Assembly (NCBI GenBank): GCA_964493085.1
Contig: CAZBLV010000006.1
Location: forward strand, 1-57,661
Length of the DNA: 57,661 bases
Reading direction: 5' to 3'
Source of the DNA: an uncultured Candidatus Saccharibacteria bacterium
GTDB lineage: Bacteria; Patescibacteriota; Minisyncoccia; Minisyncoccales; GWA2-38-27
Shown here: positions 28,812-37,643 of the stretch, one piece after another
How the letters are laid out: each line of letters opens with the position of its first letter
Numbering within the stretch: position 1 is the first letter of the stretch
Notes under the pieces: generated by a model
The model's input: the letters and a program-made list of their open reading frames with translations, nothing else
Database searches by the model: none
What the model was told of the DNA's origin: nothing
Position numbers and translations under genes: made by a program

Positions 28812-30035
28812 GTGGCACGCTATTCTTATCTTGCAAAAACTCTAGACGGGGAGCCAAGGTCCGGCAACTCTGAAGCGCCGGATAAAAGCACATTGGCCAA
28901 AGCCCTTCGCAGCGAAGGGCTGGTTTTGATTTCAGCGGAAAAAATATCCCGGAAAACAAAAAAAAGCAGCAAGATTATTTCCCTTCTGCCCTTTTTAGGC
29001 AAGGTTTCCCTAAAAGACAAGATAATGTTTGCTAGAAATTTGAAAGTAATGATTTCTGCCGGCATTTCTCTTCCCCGTGCCCTAAATACGCTTTCTAAGC
29101 AGACCGATAGCAAGAAGTTTAAAAAAGTTTTGGATGACGTTGCCAATCAGATTATAAAAGGAAGCAGTTTTTCCGAAGCCCTTAGTTCTTATCAGGATAT
29201 ATTCTCTTCTTTGTTTATTAACATGATCAAGGTTGGAGAAGAAGCGGGGAACATGGAAGAGGTTTTGGAGGTGCTGACTCAGCACATGGAAAAAGACCAT
29301 GAATTAAGGTCAAAAATCAAAGGAGCTATGGTGTACCCGGCCGTGATCATCGTAGCCATGATCGGCATAGGAGTTCTAATGATGATAGTTGTCGTCCCAA
29401 AGTTGGCGGAGACCTTTGAAGACTTGGGAGTTGAGCTTCCTTTGACTACCCGGCTTGTTATCGGCGCTGGCAACTTTATGGCAGATTTTTGGTATTTGGC
29501 CATAATTTTCCTTATAGGGCTGGCTTTTTTAGCAAAACTTTTTTTGAAAAGCTCTACAGGAGAAAGGATTACCTCTTCTTTGTTTTTAAAAGTGCCGGGA
29601 GTGGTTGTTTTGGTTAAAAAGACAAATGCTGCCTATACTGCCAGGACGCTAGGCTCTTTGGTTGATTCTGGGGTGGCGATTGTCAGAGCGCTAGAGATTA
29701 CAGCCGGTACTTTGAGCAACGCTTGTTACAGAAAAGCTATTTTAGAATCTGCTCAAAGAGTGAAGAAAGGAGCTCGGCTTTCTGAAGTTTTGGGAAACTA
29801 CGACGATCTTTATCCTTCTTTAGTTATCCAAATGATGGCAGTGGGCGAGGAAACAGGCGCTACCGGAGATATGCTTCAAAAGTTGGCCGAATTTTACGAG
29901 TCAGAGGTCAGCAGGATTACCGATAATATTTCTTCGATTATAGAGCCTGTTTTAATGATTATTATCGGCGCGGCAGTTGGGTTTTTTGTAATCTCTATGA
30001 TTCAGCCGATTTACGGCATGATGGGCGCCCTCTAA
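28812..30035 (+). CDS. pilC: Type IV pilus platform protein PilC/GspF
   Basis: Two GspF repeats (VGEEAGNM; VGEETG), AMVYPA, IEPVLMI; GTG start. Confidence 0.93.
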   Translation: MARYSYLAKTLDGEPRSGNSEAPDKSTLAKALRSEGLVLISAEKISRKTKKSSKIISLLPFLGKVSLKDKIMFARNLKVMISAGISLPRALNTLSKQTDSKKFKKVLDDVANQIIKGSSFSEALSSYQDIFSSLFINMIKVGEEAGNMEEVLEVLTQHMEKDHELRSKIKGAMVYPAVIIVAMIGIGVLMMIVVVPKLAETFEDLGVELPLTTRLVIGAGNFMADFWYLAIIFLIGLAFLAKLFLKSSTGERITSSLFLKVPGVVVLVKKTNAAYTARTLGSLVDSGVAIVRALEITAGTLSNACYRKAILESAQRVKKGARLSEVLGNYDDLYPSLVIQMMAVGEETGATGDMLQKLAEFYESEVSRITDNISSIIEPVLMIIIGAAVGFFVISMIQPIYGMMGAL

Positions 30036-30039
30036 TTTT

Positions 30040-30912
30040 ATGAAAGAAATTCTCGAAAAAAAAACAGGTTTTACCTTTATAGAGCTGTTAATGGTCCTTG
30101 CGGTTTTGTTTATTTTCGCCGGTGCAGGCATATCCGTGATGCATTTTATTCAAAAAGAGAACGCCTTAAAGGGAGACGCAGACAAGGTTGTCAGCGTGTT
30201 AAAAACGGCTCAAAATAAAACGTTAGCTTCTCAGGGGCCGGGGAATTACGGAGTTTATTTTGATCAATCTTCTCCTTCTCGCTATATTTTGTTCAAAGGA
30301 GAAGAATATGCCTTAAGAGAACCTTCTTTGGACCGCTCTTATAATTTTTCCGAGGATACAGTAATTTCCGAGCTTAATTTAGAAGGAGACCAGGTGGTTT
30401 TCAATAGAGTTTCAGGAATAACCAACCAAGAAGGAAATATTACCATTGCTCTTGCAGATGATCCAGGCCAGCAAGAAACAATTTATATCCAAAACAGCGG
30501 GGCGGTGGGATTAGAGCCTTTTTCATCCCCGTCTGATTCGGAAAGGGCAAAGGATTCGCGGCATGTCCATATTATTTACGGCAGGTTTATTGATACAAGC
30601 GCTGAAACTATTGAATTAGATTTTGGAGAGACAACCAAGAGCATCAATATCGCAGCCAATATTGAAGACGGTCAATTTTTTTGGGAGGGAGTAATAGAAG
30701 TCAACGGCGCATTTCAGAGGATAAAAATTCATACCCATAGACTTAATGATCCAGATACCCAGTTCTGCATTCATCGGGATATGAGATATAACACCGAAAG
30801 CGTTAATATCAGTCTTTCAGAAGACACGACAGGAACGTTGATCGAGTATTCCGCTGATGGCCTTGCTACTAACAATACTTCAATTTATGTTACAGAGCTT
30901 TCTTGGCAATAA
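30040..30912 (+). CDS. Prepilin-type protein (FimT/GspH-like)
   Basis: G|FTFIELLMV class III signal with Glu5. Confidence 0.85.
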   Translation: MKEILEKKTGFTFIELLMVLAVLFIFAGAGISVMHFIQKENALKGDADKVVSVLKTAQNKTLASQGPGNYGVYFDQSSPSRYILFKGEEYALREPSLDRSYNFSEDTVISELNLEGDQVVFNRVSGITNQEGNITIALADDPGQQETIYIQNSGAVGLEPFSSPSDSERAKDSRHVHIIYGRFIDTSAETIELDFGETTKSINIAANIEDGQFFWEGVIEVNGAFQRIKIHTHRLNDPDTQFCIHRDMRYNTESVNISLSEDTTGTLIEYSADGLATNNTSIYVTELSWQ

Positions 30913-31387
30913 AAGAGGATTTACAATATTGGAAATTATAATAGGAGTATCGATTATCGTTATAGGGCTTCTGGCCCTTCTTGCTGCTGCCAATTTTTCT
31001 TTAAAGGTTTCTGGATCTGCTTCCGAGAAAACCAAAGCTCTTAACTTGGCGCAAGAAGCCGCTGAGGCAGTTAGGAGCTTCAGAGACGGAACAAGCTGGG
31101 ACGACAATGGAATCGGCACCCTAAATACAGACATTGATTACCACCCACAATTGGACTCTTCGACGTCACCCTTTTCTTGGGATATAGTTCAGGGAGAAGA
31201 AATAATCAATAAATTTACTAGAAAAGTCGTTTTTAAGAAAGTTTCAAGAGATCCGGACACAGGAGTGATCGAAGAGGCTTACGATTCTGTCTATGACGAC
31301 CCCGATACCAGGAAGGTTGTGATTAGAGTTTTATGGGGGGGAGAAACTCTGGAGTTAAGTACTTATATCACAAACTGGAGGCAATGA
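30887..31387 (+). CDS. Prepilin-type minor pilin (PilV-like)
   Basis: KRG|FTILEIII; start placed at ATG 30887. Confidence 0.85.
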   Translation: MLQSFLGNKRGFTILEIIIGVSIIVIGLLALLAAANFSLKVSGSASEKTKALNLAQEAAEAVRSFRDGTSWDDNGIGTLNTDIDYHPQLDSSTSPFSWDIVQGEEIINKFTRKVVFKKVSRDPDTGVIEEAYDSVYDDPDTRKVVIRVLWGGETLELSTYITNWRQ

Positions 31388-31896
31388 ATAATTTTTTCCA
31401 AAAAAGCTTTACTTTGGTAGAGGTCCTTATTTACATTACCATTTTTTCAATAATAATGACCGCTGTTGCAGCAGTCACAATATGGACTGTGTGCTCTAAC
31501 GCAAGATCCGAAGCGATAAGGGAAACGAGGTGGGGAGCAGAACGGGCCATGGGAGCAATAATTCACGAAATAAAAGAAGCGCGTTCAATATATTCCCCTA
31601 CCACCAGCTTAAATCAACTTTCATTGGTTACCGAAAAATATCTTCCCGGGGGCGAGAGCTCATCTTATATAGATTTTTATCAATGCGGAAACCGCTTATG
31701 CTTGAAAAAGGAAGGCCAAGACCCCATAGCTTTAACCTCGGAAGAGATAACAGTAACCAGCTTGGAGTTCATTGTGTTAAAATCAGGGGGGAGCAGTTCG
31801 GTTATGATTAATTTAGAAGTAAAGTATAATACCTTAAGCAATCGTCCAGAATATAATCATTCTTACGGCTTAAAATCAACAGCTTCTTTAAGATGA
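31384..31896 (+). CDS. Prepilin-type minor pilin (PilW/GspJ-like)
   Basis: QKS|FTLVEVLIY; ATGA overlap with the upstream stop. Confidence 0.85.
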   Translation: MNNFFQKSFTLVEVLIYITIFSIIMTAVAAVTIWTVCSNARSEAIRETRWGAERAMGAIIHEIKEARSIYSPTTSLNQLSLVTEKYLPGGESSSYIDFYQCGNRLCLKKEGQDPIALTSEEITVTSLEFIVLKSGGSSSVMINLEVKYNTLSNRPEYNHSYGLKSTASLR

Positions 31897-33176
31897 AAGC
31901 ATTAAAGAACCAAAAGGGCTTTGTTGCCATTATAATAATTATTGTAGTTCTTTTCGTTATTTTGGGAATTGTTTTTGTGCTTTCACTGCTAACATTAAGA
32001 GAGCAGAAAGCCATTAACAACACCACCGCTTCTCAAGAAGCTTATTATCTAGCCGAAGCCGGGATAGAAGACGCCCTTTTGAAGCTAAGGCAGGATCCTA
32101 GTATGCCAGAACAAACTTATGCGCTTAATGTTGAAAGCGGAACTGCCCAAGTTGTTTTGTATCCGGAAATCGGACAGTCCCGGGTAATTGCTTCAACCGG
32201 AGATAGCGGCGGGAGGATAAGGAAAATAGAAGTGGTCTATGAGCTTGATTCCAGCGCAGTGTCTTTTCACTACGGAGTGCAGGCAGGAGAAGGAGGAATT
32301 GAAATAGGGAATAATGCCAGAATTATCGGAAACGTCTTTTCCAACGGGGACATTGTCGCTCCCGGGGGAAAGGGAGAAATTGATAATACTGTGGTGGTGG
32401 CCAACAACGGCAACCAAATAGTGGGATTAACCATAGGGGAAGACGCCCTTGCTTACAGTTGTGACAACTGCACTATAGGGGGGCACTTAACTTATGTCTC
32501 CGGCGGAACAGCAAGCGGTTGCAGTGCCGGAGAAGGAACTAGTATCCAGCCCGAGGAAATTCAGCCCGAGAGCCTTCCTATCTCTCAAGAGCAGATAGAA
32601 GAATGGAGAATAAAAGCGGCAGCAGGAGGAGTTATAGAAAGCGACGCGGTCTATGATGGCGTTTCTAATTTTTTGGGGCCTGTGCAAATCGGTACTCCGG
32701 AAGACCCTAAGGACTTGTCAGTATTTAATGGCGCAAATATTACCTTAAAAGGAACTGTATATGTAACAGGAGACATTAATATCTCGAATAACGCCGTAGT
32801 AGAACTAGACCCCGGGCTTTATGGATCCTTGAGCGGAATACTTTTCGCCGACGGCAGCATTATTATTGGCAATAACGGCGTTTTGAGGGGGAGCGGCCTT
32901 CCCGGAAGCTATATCTTAGTTCTTTCTACTAGTTCTTCTTTAAATGCCGCCGAGCCTGCGATACTGATCAGCAATAATGCAGCAGGTGATATTTTTTATA
33001 CTACCAGCGGGTTAGCTTACGTAAAGAACAACGTTGAAGCCCGTGAGGTTACAGGATATAAAATTTTGCTTGACAATAATGCCGAAGTTAGTTACGAAAG
33101 CGGTCTAGAAAGCGCTCTTTTTAGCAATGGACCTGCCGGTGGATGGGTAGTGAAAAGCTGGAAGGAGGTAGAATAA
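31893..33176 (+). CDS. PilX-like minor pilin with large beta-solenoid C-terminal domain
   Basis: QKG|FVAII without Glu5, AYYLAEAGIEDAL, repeated I.NNA/G.I motifs, terminal SWKE. Confidence 0.8.
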   Translation: MKALKNQKGFVAIIIIIVVLFVILGIVFVLSLLTLREQKAINNTTASQEAYYLAEAGIEDALLKLRQDPSMPEQTYALNVESGTAQVVLYPEIGQSRVIASTGDSGGRIRKIEVVYELDSSAVSFHYGVQAGEGGIEIGNNARIIGNVFSNGDIVAPGGKGEIDNTVVVANNGNQIVGLTIGEDALAYSCDNCTIGGHLTYVSGGTASGCSAGEGTSIQPEEIQPESLPISQEQIEEWRIKAAAGGVIESDAVYDGVSNFLGPVQIGTPEDPKDLSVFNGANITLKGTVYVTGDINISNNAVVELDPGLYGSLSGILFADGSIIIGNNGVLRGSGLPGSYILVLSTSSSLNAAEPAILISNNAAGDIFYTTSGLAYVKNNVEAREVTGYKILLDNNAEVSYESGLESALFSNGPAGGWVVKSWKEVE

Positions 33177-33193
33177 ATGTTATAATACCTACA

Positions 33194-34300
33194 ATGAGCC
33201 TTTTAAGTTTAAAAGAAAATACCTTTGGCTTGGATTTTTCCGATCTTTCCCTTAAGGCCGCCGAACTAAAAAGAAGAGGCAAGTTTTTTAAGCTTAAAAG
33301 TTGGGCTTGCCAGGAAATAAAGCCCGGCGTTATAGAAGAAGGAATAATCCGGGACAGGAAAGAGACGGTAAAGGCAATTAAAAAATTGGTGGTTCAAGCC
33401 GAGAAAAGAGGATTAAGAAGCGATAGGGTGGTAGCTTCCTTGCCGGAAAAAAAAGCTTTTCTTCAAGTTATTCGCATGCCCAAGATGGAAGAAAAAGAAC
33501 TTTCTTCGGCTGTTCCTTTTGAGGCGGAAAACTATATTCCTCTTCCTCTTGACCGGGTGTATTTGGACTTCCAGCTGATACCTTCTTCTGACAAGAGAGC
33601 TAAGCATTCAGACGTTTTGATCGCCGCTCTCCCTAAAGACACAGTAGATCCTTATGTTGATTGTCTTAAAAAAGCAGGTCTTTCTCCTCGCGCTCTTGAG
33701 GTAGAGTCGCAATCTATCAGCCGCGCTTTAATAAAAGGCGGCTATTCCTCTTACCCTGTTTTAATAGTTGATTTTGGCAGAAGCAATACTAGCTTTATAA
33801 TCTACTCAGGATTTTCTTTAAGGTTTACCTCGTCTGTTAGCATTTCTTCTCAGAAAATAACAGATAAAATTTCTGATGCCTTGGGAGTGAATTCTTCTGT
33901 AGCCGAGAAGCTAAAAATTAAATACGGGCTTTTCCCGGAGAAGGAGAAAATCAAAGGGAAAAGAATCAGCCGGAAGAAATATGTTTCTGCAACAGAGTCA
34001 GCTGCAAAAGAGCTTCAAGGCCAAATAAAGAGATATGCTGATTATTATCAAAGCCATACTAAAAAAAACGGAGGACCTGTTCAAAGTATTAAAAAAGTTG
34101 TTTTTTGCGGGAGAGGCGCCAATCTTAAAGGGTTTGCCGATTATCTTTCTCTATCCTTGAAAATTCCAGTTGAGCTGGGCAATCCCTGGGTTAATATTCT
34201 CCCCGAACCCTTAAAAGAAGTCCCCGGCCTTTCTTTCGAAGAGTCTCTTGGATATACCACCGCCTTGGGGCTGGCTTTAAGAAACCAAAAATATGATTAA
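33194..34300 (+). CDS. pilM: Type IV pilus assembly protein PilM
   Basis: FGLDFSD, EAENYIP, VDFGRS, CGRGANL, ALGLALR actin-like fold; ATG 33194 follows TGnTATAAT. Confidence 0.9.
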   Translation: MSLLSLKENTFGLDFSDLSLKAAELKRRGKFFKLKSWACQEIKPGVIEEGIIRDRKETVKAIKKLVVQAEKRGLRSDRVVASLPEKKAFLQVIRMPKMEEKELSSAVPFEAENYIPLPLDRVYLDFQLIPSSDKRAKHSDVLIAALPKDTVDPYVDCLKKAGLSPRALEVESQSISRALIKGGYSSYPVLIVDFGRSNTSFIIYSGFSLRFTSSVSISSQKITDKISDALGVNSSVAEKLKIKYGLFPEKEKIKGKRISRKKYVSATESAAKELQGQIKRYADYYQSHTKKNGGPVQSIKKVVFCGRGANLKGFADYLSLSLKIPVELGNPWVNILPEPLKEVPGLSFEESLGYTTALGLALRNQKYD

Positions 34301-34847
34301 TTTGCTGCCCTCCTTTGAAAAAAAGAAGATCTTAGAAGGCAAACGAGTGAAAAAGATGTTAATCATTTGGATTTTGGTTTTTTTGTTTTCTCTGTTTTTA
34401 GTATTGGGTCTTTTTTTTATTAATGTCTGCTTGGAACGGAAAATATCCGGGTTAGAGCAAAGAATTTATTCAGAAGAAGGCGCCTTAGGCCATGCCGAGA
34501 TAGAAGATATGCGTCAAAAAGTATCCAAAGCAAACAAGCTTCTCACCGAGCTGATGTCTTTTTACCAGAAGAAACTTTATTTCTCCGGCATTTTCAGCGA
34601 TATTTATGAAATAATGCCCGAGGGAACCTATCTTACCAACGCATCCTTTACTCAAAACGAAAACGAGAAAACGATAAATGTTTCCCTCTCCGGCTTTTCT
34701 CCTACCAGAGAAAAATTGCTTACTCTAAAGAGCAACATTGAGACAAAAGAAGGTTTTCAAGAAACCTTTTTTCCGCCCTCTAATTGGGTAAAGCCGGTTG
34801 ATATTAATTTTTCCGCTAACTTTAAAATACCTTTAAAGAAACCATGA
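34293..34847 (+). CDS. pilN: PilN-like protein
   Basis: MINLLP motif, single TM, follows pilM. Confidence 0.85.
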   Translation: MINLLPSFEKKKILEGKRVKKMLIIWILVFLFSLFLVLGLFFINVCLERKISGLEQRIYSEEGALGHAEIEDMRQKVSKANKLLTELMSFYQKKLYFSGIFSDIYEIMPEGTYLTNASFTQNENEKTINVSLSGFSPTREKLLTLKSNIETKEGFQETFFPPSNWVKPVDINFSANFKIPLKKP

Positions 34848-35407
34848 GCCCCAAAAAGAAGTTAATTTTAATGTCGATTATATTTTTGGGAACAATTGTT
34901 CTTTTGTTTCTTTTTGTTTTAAATCCCCTGAAAAGCAAAGTTGAAGAAAGTTCTGAAAAATACGCTCTGGTTAAGCAGGATCTGGAAATGATAGAAAGCA
35001 GACAAAAGGAACTAAAGGGAGCCAAAAAGAACTATGAAAAAGTAGAAGGGGGCTTGGCTATTATAAAAAGATCTTTTGTAGATCCCGGCGCCCCTGTGGA
35101 GTTATTGGAATTTTTAGAAGACAGTGCCACAGAATACGGGCTTTCAATTTCTATTTCTCCTTATAGCTTCAAAGAAAAGAAAGAAGAGAGCTTCTGGGAG
35201 GAAATCGGTTTTCAGCTGTCTCTGGGCGGCTCCTTCTCGGATTTCTTTGGATTTTTGAATAAGATAGAAGCCAGCTCTTACTTGCTCGAAGTCCAGAGTT
35301 TAAGTATTAATAAGATTTCAGAAAATGTTTTAAGGAAAGAAGGAGAGGAAGAGCTTTCAAAAAATGACATTCGGGCTAATTTATTAATTAAGGATTTAAC
35401 CAAATGA
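34844..35407 (+). CDS. pilO: PilO-like protein
   Basis: TM plus coiled coil, GSFSDFFGFLNKIE; follows pilN. Confidence 0.8.
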   Translation: MSPKKKLILMSIIFLGTIVLLFLFVLNPLKSKVEESSEKYALVKQDLEMIESRQKELKGAKKNYEKVEGGLAIIKRSFVDPGAPVELLEFLEDSATEYGLSISISPYSFKEKKEESFWEEIGFQLSLGGSFSDFFGFLNKIEASSYLLEVQSLSINKISENVLRKEGEEELSKNDIRANLLIKDLTK

Positions 35408-35709
35408 AGATGGATTTCTCAAAAGCAAAAAAAGAATTAGGGCGCTTTGCCAGAATACCTTCTCTTATAACCAGGCATTTTTGGATAAGCCTTGCAGCGG
35501 CCCTCTTTTTGTCTTTGGCAATAACAGCATTTCTCTTTTATCAGTATGTTATTTTTCTGCCCGAGGAAAGATCGATTAATCATCAAGACCGTTTTCAAGT
35601 GAATGAAAAAGCTTATGAGGAGGTAATGGAATTAAGAAAAAGCAAATCCTTCAAAGAAGATAATTTTCTGGAATTATTCGGTCCTTTTGAGGAAGAGTCG
35701 GTTGACTAG
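35404..35709 (+). CDS. Hypothetical single-TM protein ending the pilus operon
   Basis: ATGA overlap with pilO, one TM helix. Confidence 0.75.
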   Translation: MKMDFSKAKKELGRFARIPSLITRHFWISLAAALFLSLAITAFLFYQYVIFLPEERSINHQDRFQVNEKAYEEVMELRKSKSFKEDNFLELFGPFEEESVD

Positions 35710-35730
35710 AACAGAGCAGAAGAGTATAAT
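35702..35730 (+). promoter_or_regulatory. Promoter of the tRNA-Arg/tRNA-His unit
   Basis: TTGACT-N17-TATAAT, 9 nt before the tRNA. Confidence 0.7.
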
Positions 35731-35739
35731 AAATTTCTA

Positions 35740-35813
35740 GTCCCCGTAGCTCAACTGGACAGAGCAGGACTCTTCTAAAGTCAAGACTGGAGGTTCGAAT
35801 CCTCCCGGGGACG
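35740..35813 (+). tRNA. tRNA-Arg (TCT)
   Basis: GTCCCCG/CGGGGAC acceptor, A20, anticodon loop CTTCTAA, GTTCGAATC; CCA not encoded. Confidence 0.93.
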
Positions 35814-35825
35814 CAGGAAGCTTAT

Positions 35826-35898
35826 GGTGGCCGTAGCTCAATGGTAGAGCACTTCGCTGTGGCCGAAGTGGTTGCGCGTTCAAATCGCGTCGGCCACC
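35826..35898 (+). tRNA. tRNA-His (GTG)
   Basis: G-1:C73 pair, CTTCG-CTGTGGC-CGAAG anticodon arm. Confidence 0.94.
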
Positions 35899-35906
35899 CA
35901 CTCAAT

Positions 35907-36071
35907 ATGGTTTCAGAATTTTTTAATAAAAAAATATCAACTCCCGTAGGAGTTGTTATTTTGTTGGCTATTGTTTTGCTTGTCGGCTGGATGATTATCC
36001 GTCAGTATGAAAAATTAATGGAAGTGAGAATAGAGCACGTAGAAATCCGGGCTTTGGGGAAAGAACAATGA
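35907..36071 (+). CDS. Small single-TM protein (54 aa)
   Basis: MVSEFFNKKISTPVGVVILLAIVLLVGWMII...; start moved off the tRNA-His to ATG 35907. Confidence 0.65.
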   Translation: MVSEFFNKKISTPVGVVILLAIVLLVGWMIIRQYEKLMEVRIEHVEIRALGKEQ

Positions 36072-37103
36072 TTATTTTTTTTCTTCCAGCTTAACCTTTA
36101 TTGTTTTTTCTTTCCCTTCTCTTAAAATTTTCAGGTTTATTTCTTCTTCAATTTGGCATTTTTGCAAGATATTGTCTAAGGGGTTTTTCGTAGAAACTTT
36201 TTGTCCTTTTGCTTCCAATATTATATCAAAGTCTTTAAGGCCTGCTTTTTCTGCCGCAGAACCTTTGACGACAGGGGAGACTCCCAAGTTTTCCCTTACA
36301 ATCAAGGCCCCGTAATCCACCGGAAGATGATTCTTTTCTGCTATTTTCTTATTTAAGATAATATATTTTATCCCCAAGAAAGGTCTTTTTATTCTGCCGT
36401 ATTTTTTAACTTCCTCGAGATCTTTTTTGGCGTAGTCTATGGGAATGGCAAACCCTATATTTTGAGCTCCCATAATGGTGGCTGTATTTATTCCTATTAC
36501 ATTGCCTTCCATATTTATTAAAGGCCCTCCTGAATTCCCGGGGTTAATGGCAGCATCTGTTTGGATTAACCCTCTTAGTCTTGCTGTGTTCTCGTTCAGG
36601 TGGTCGTCAGCTTGGATAAAGCGGGAAAGGCCGGAAACGATTCCGGAACTGACAGTGTCTTGAAATTCTCCAAGGGCGTTTCCTACAGCTATTACCTCTT
36701 CTCCTATCTCGATATTTCTGGAGCAGCCCATCTTTAAAAAAGGCAGGCTTCTCTTGGGATTTACTTTTAAGATAGCGACGTCGTTAATGGAGTCTCTGGC
36801 GAGAACCTTGGCCGGATATTTTTCTTTGGGTTCTACAATCACGGTATATTCTGCCTCTGTATCTGCCACAACGTGCCTCGATGTTATAATCAATCCAGTT
36901 TTAGAAATAATGAATCCAGATCCTCCCCCTATCTTTACTTTTTCTTTTTTCCCGTTGTTGAATTTAGGAAGAACAAAATTTCCTTTCTTCAAAGGAAAGG
37001 TATAAAAGCCTTCTATTTTGGGCAGGTCTCTGGAAACAACAATAGTTATTACTGCAGGACAGACTTCTCGGACTATTTTGACTGTCGGGGTTTCTCTTTT
37101 CAT
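36072..37103 (-). CDS. htrA: HtrA/DegP-like serine protease with one PDZ domain and no signal peptide
   Basis: TSRHVV, NDVAILK, QTDAAINPGNSGGPL, AEKAGLKDFDII; start placed at ATG 37103. Confidence 0.92.
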   Translation of the reverse strand: MKRETPTVKIVREVCPAVITIVVSRDLPKIEGFYTFPLKKGNFVLPKFNNGKKEKVKIGGGSGFIISKTGLIITSRHVVADTEAEYTVIVEPKEKYPAKVLARDSINDVAILKVNPKRSLPFLKMGCSRNIEIGEEVIAVGNALGEFQDTVSSGIVSGLSRFIQADDHLNENTARLRGLIQTDAAINPGNSGGPLINMEGNVIGINTATIMGAQNIGFAIPIDYAKKDLEEVKKYGRIKRPFLGIKYIILNKKIAEKNHLPVDYGALIVRENLGVSPVVKGSAAEKAGLKDFDIILEAKGQKVSTKNPLDNILQKCQIEEEINLKILREGKEKTIKVKLEEKK

Positions 37104-37310
37104 GGTATTTATATTATCAATAAAAGACGTCCCAAACAAGTGGAAAACTATATAAAGCTCGCCCTGGTATTATTCGATTATAGATAAAAAAATTGCATTT
37201 TTTGAAAGAGAATGCTTTTGCAAAAGGCATCTTGTTGAGACGTCTGCTGTCTTCTGGCAGAAAAGCGCCATTTTTTAAAATTAAGGTAATTTTAATATAA
37301 AAATAGAGTA

Positions 37311-37328
37311 ATCCGATATATATCGGAT
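37311..37328. promoter_or_regulatory. Perfect 18-bp palindrome, candidate operator
   Basis: ATCCGATATATATCGGAT in the divergent intergenic region between htrA and the giant surface protein. Confidence 0.45.
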
Positions 37329-37643
37329 AGCTTTTCCCCTTTATTTTGCCTTAAATCCCAAGATTATTAAAACTTTTTTTTAGAAATGTTTAAATATCCT
37401 AAATTTATTCTAGGCGGGCCAGATTGGACAGATTAGGAAAGATTTACACTTTACGCCAATAACTAAAACAGAGCTTGCAGAAAAGTTAAGATTTGATTCT
37501 TGGCTTAAGTGGAAAAGGAACCTGTGGACAACTCGCTTGCAAAATGCCTTGATTGTTCCATAATTTAATAAGAAAATACTTTTCATGATTGACAAAGGTC
37601 AAATATATAAATCAAAAATCTTCTGATCCTTTTTTCAGTTTTT

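Noticed and set aside
35740..35813. tRNA containing TTCTAAA, read as an amber (CUA) suppressor that would explain the in-frame TAGs
   Set aside because: The stem pairs only as GACT/AGTC around the loop CTTCTAA, so the anticodon is TCT. A20 and G73 fit Arg identity.
35841..35906. N-terminal extension of ORF 35841-36071
   Set aside because: It lies within tRNA-His; ATG 35907 is more plausible.
4419..36071. TGA recoding (code 4 or 25) as in some CPR lineages
   Set aside because: TGA terminates hisB, hisC, plsC and several pilus genes at expected ends, and conserved genes are uninterrupted.
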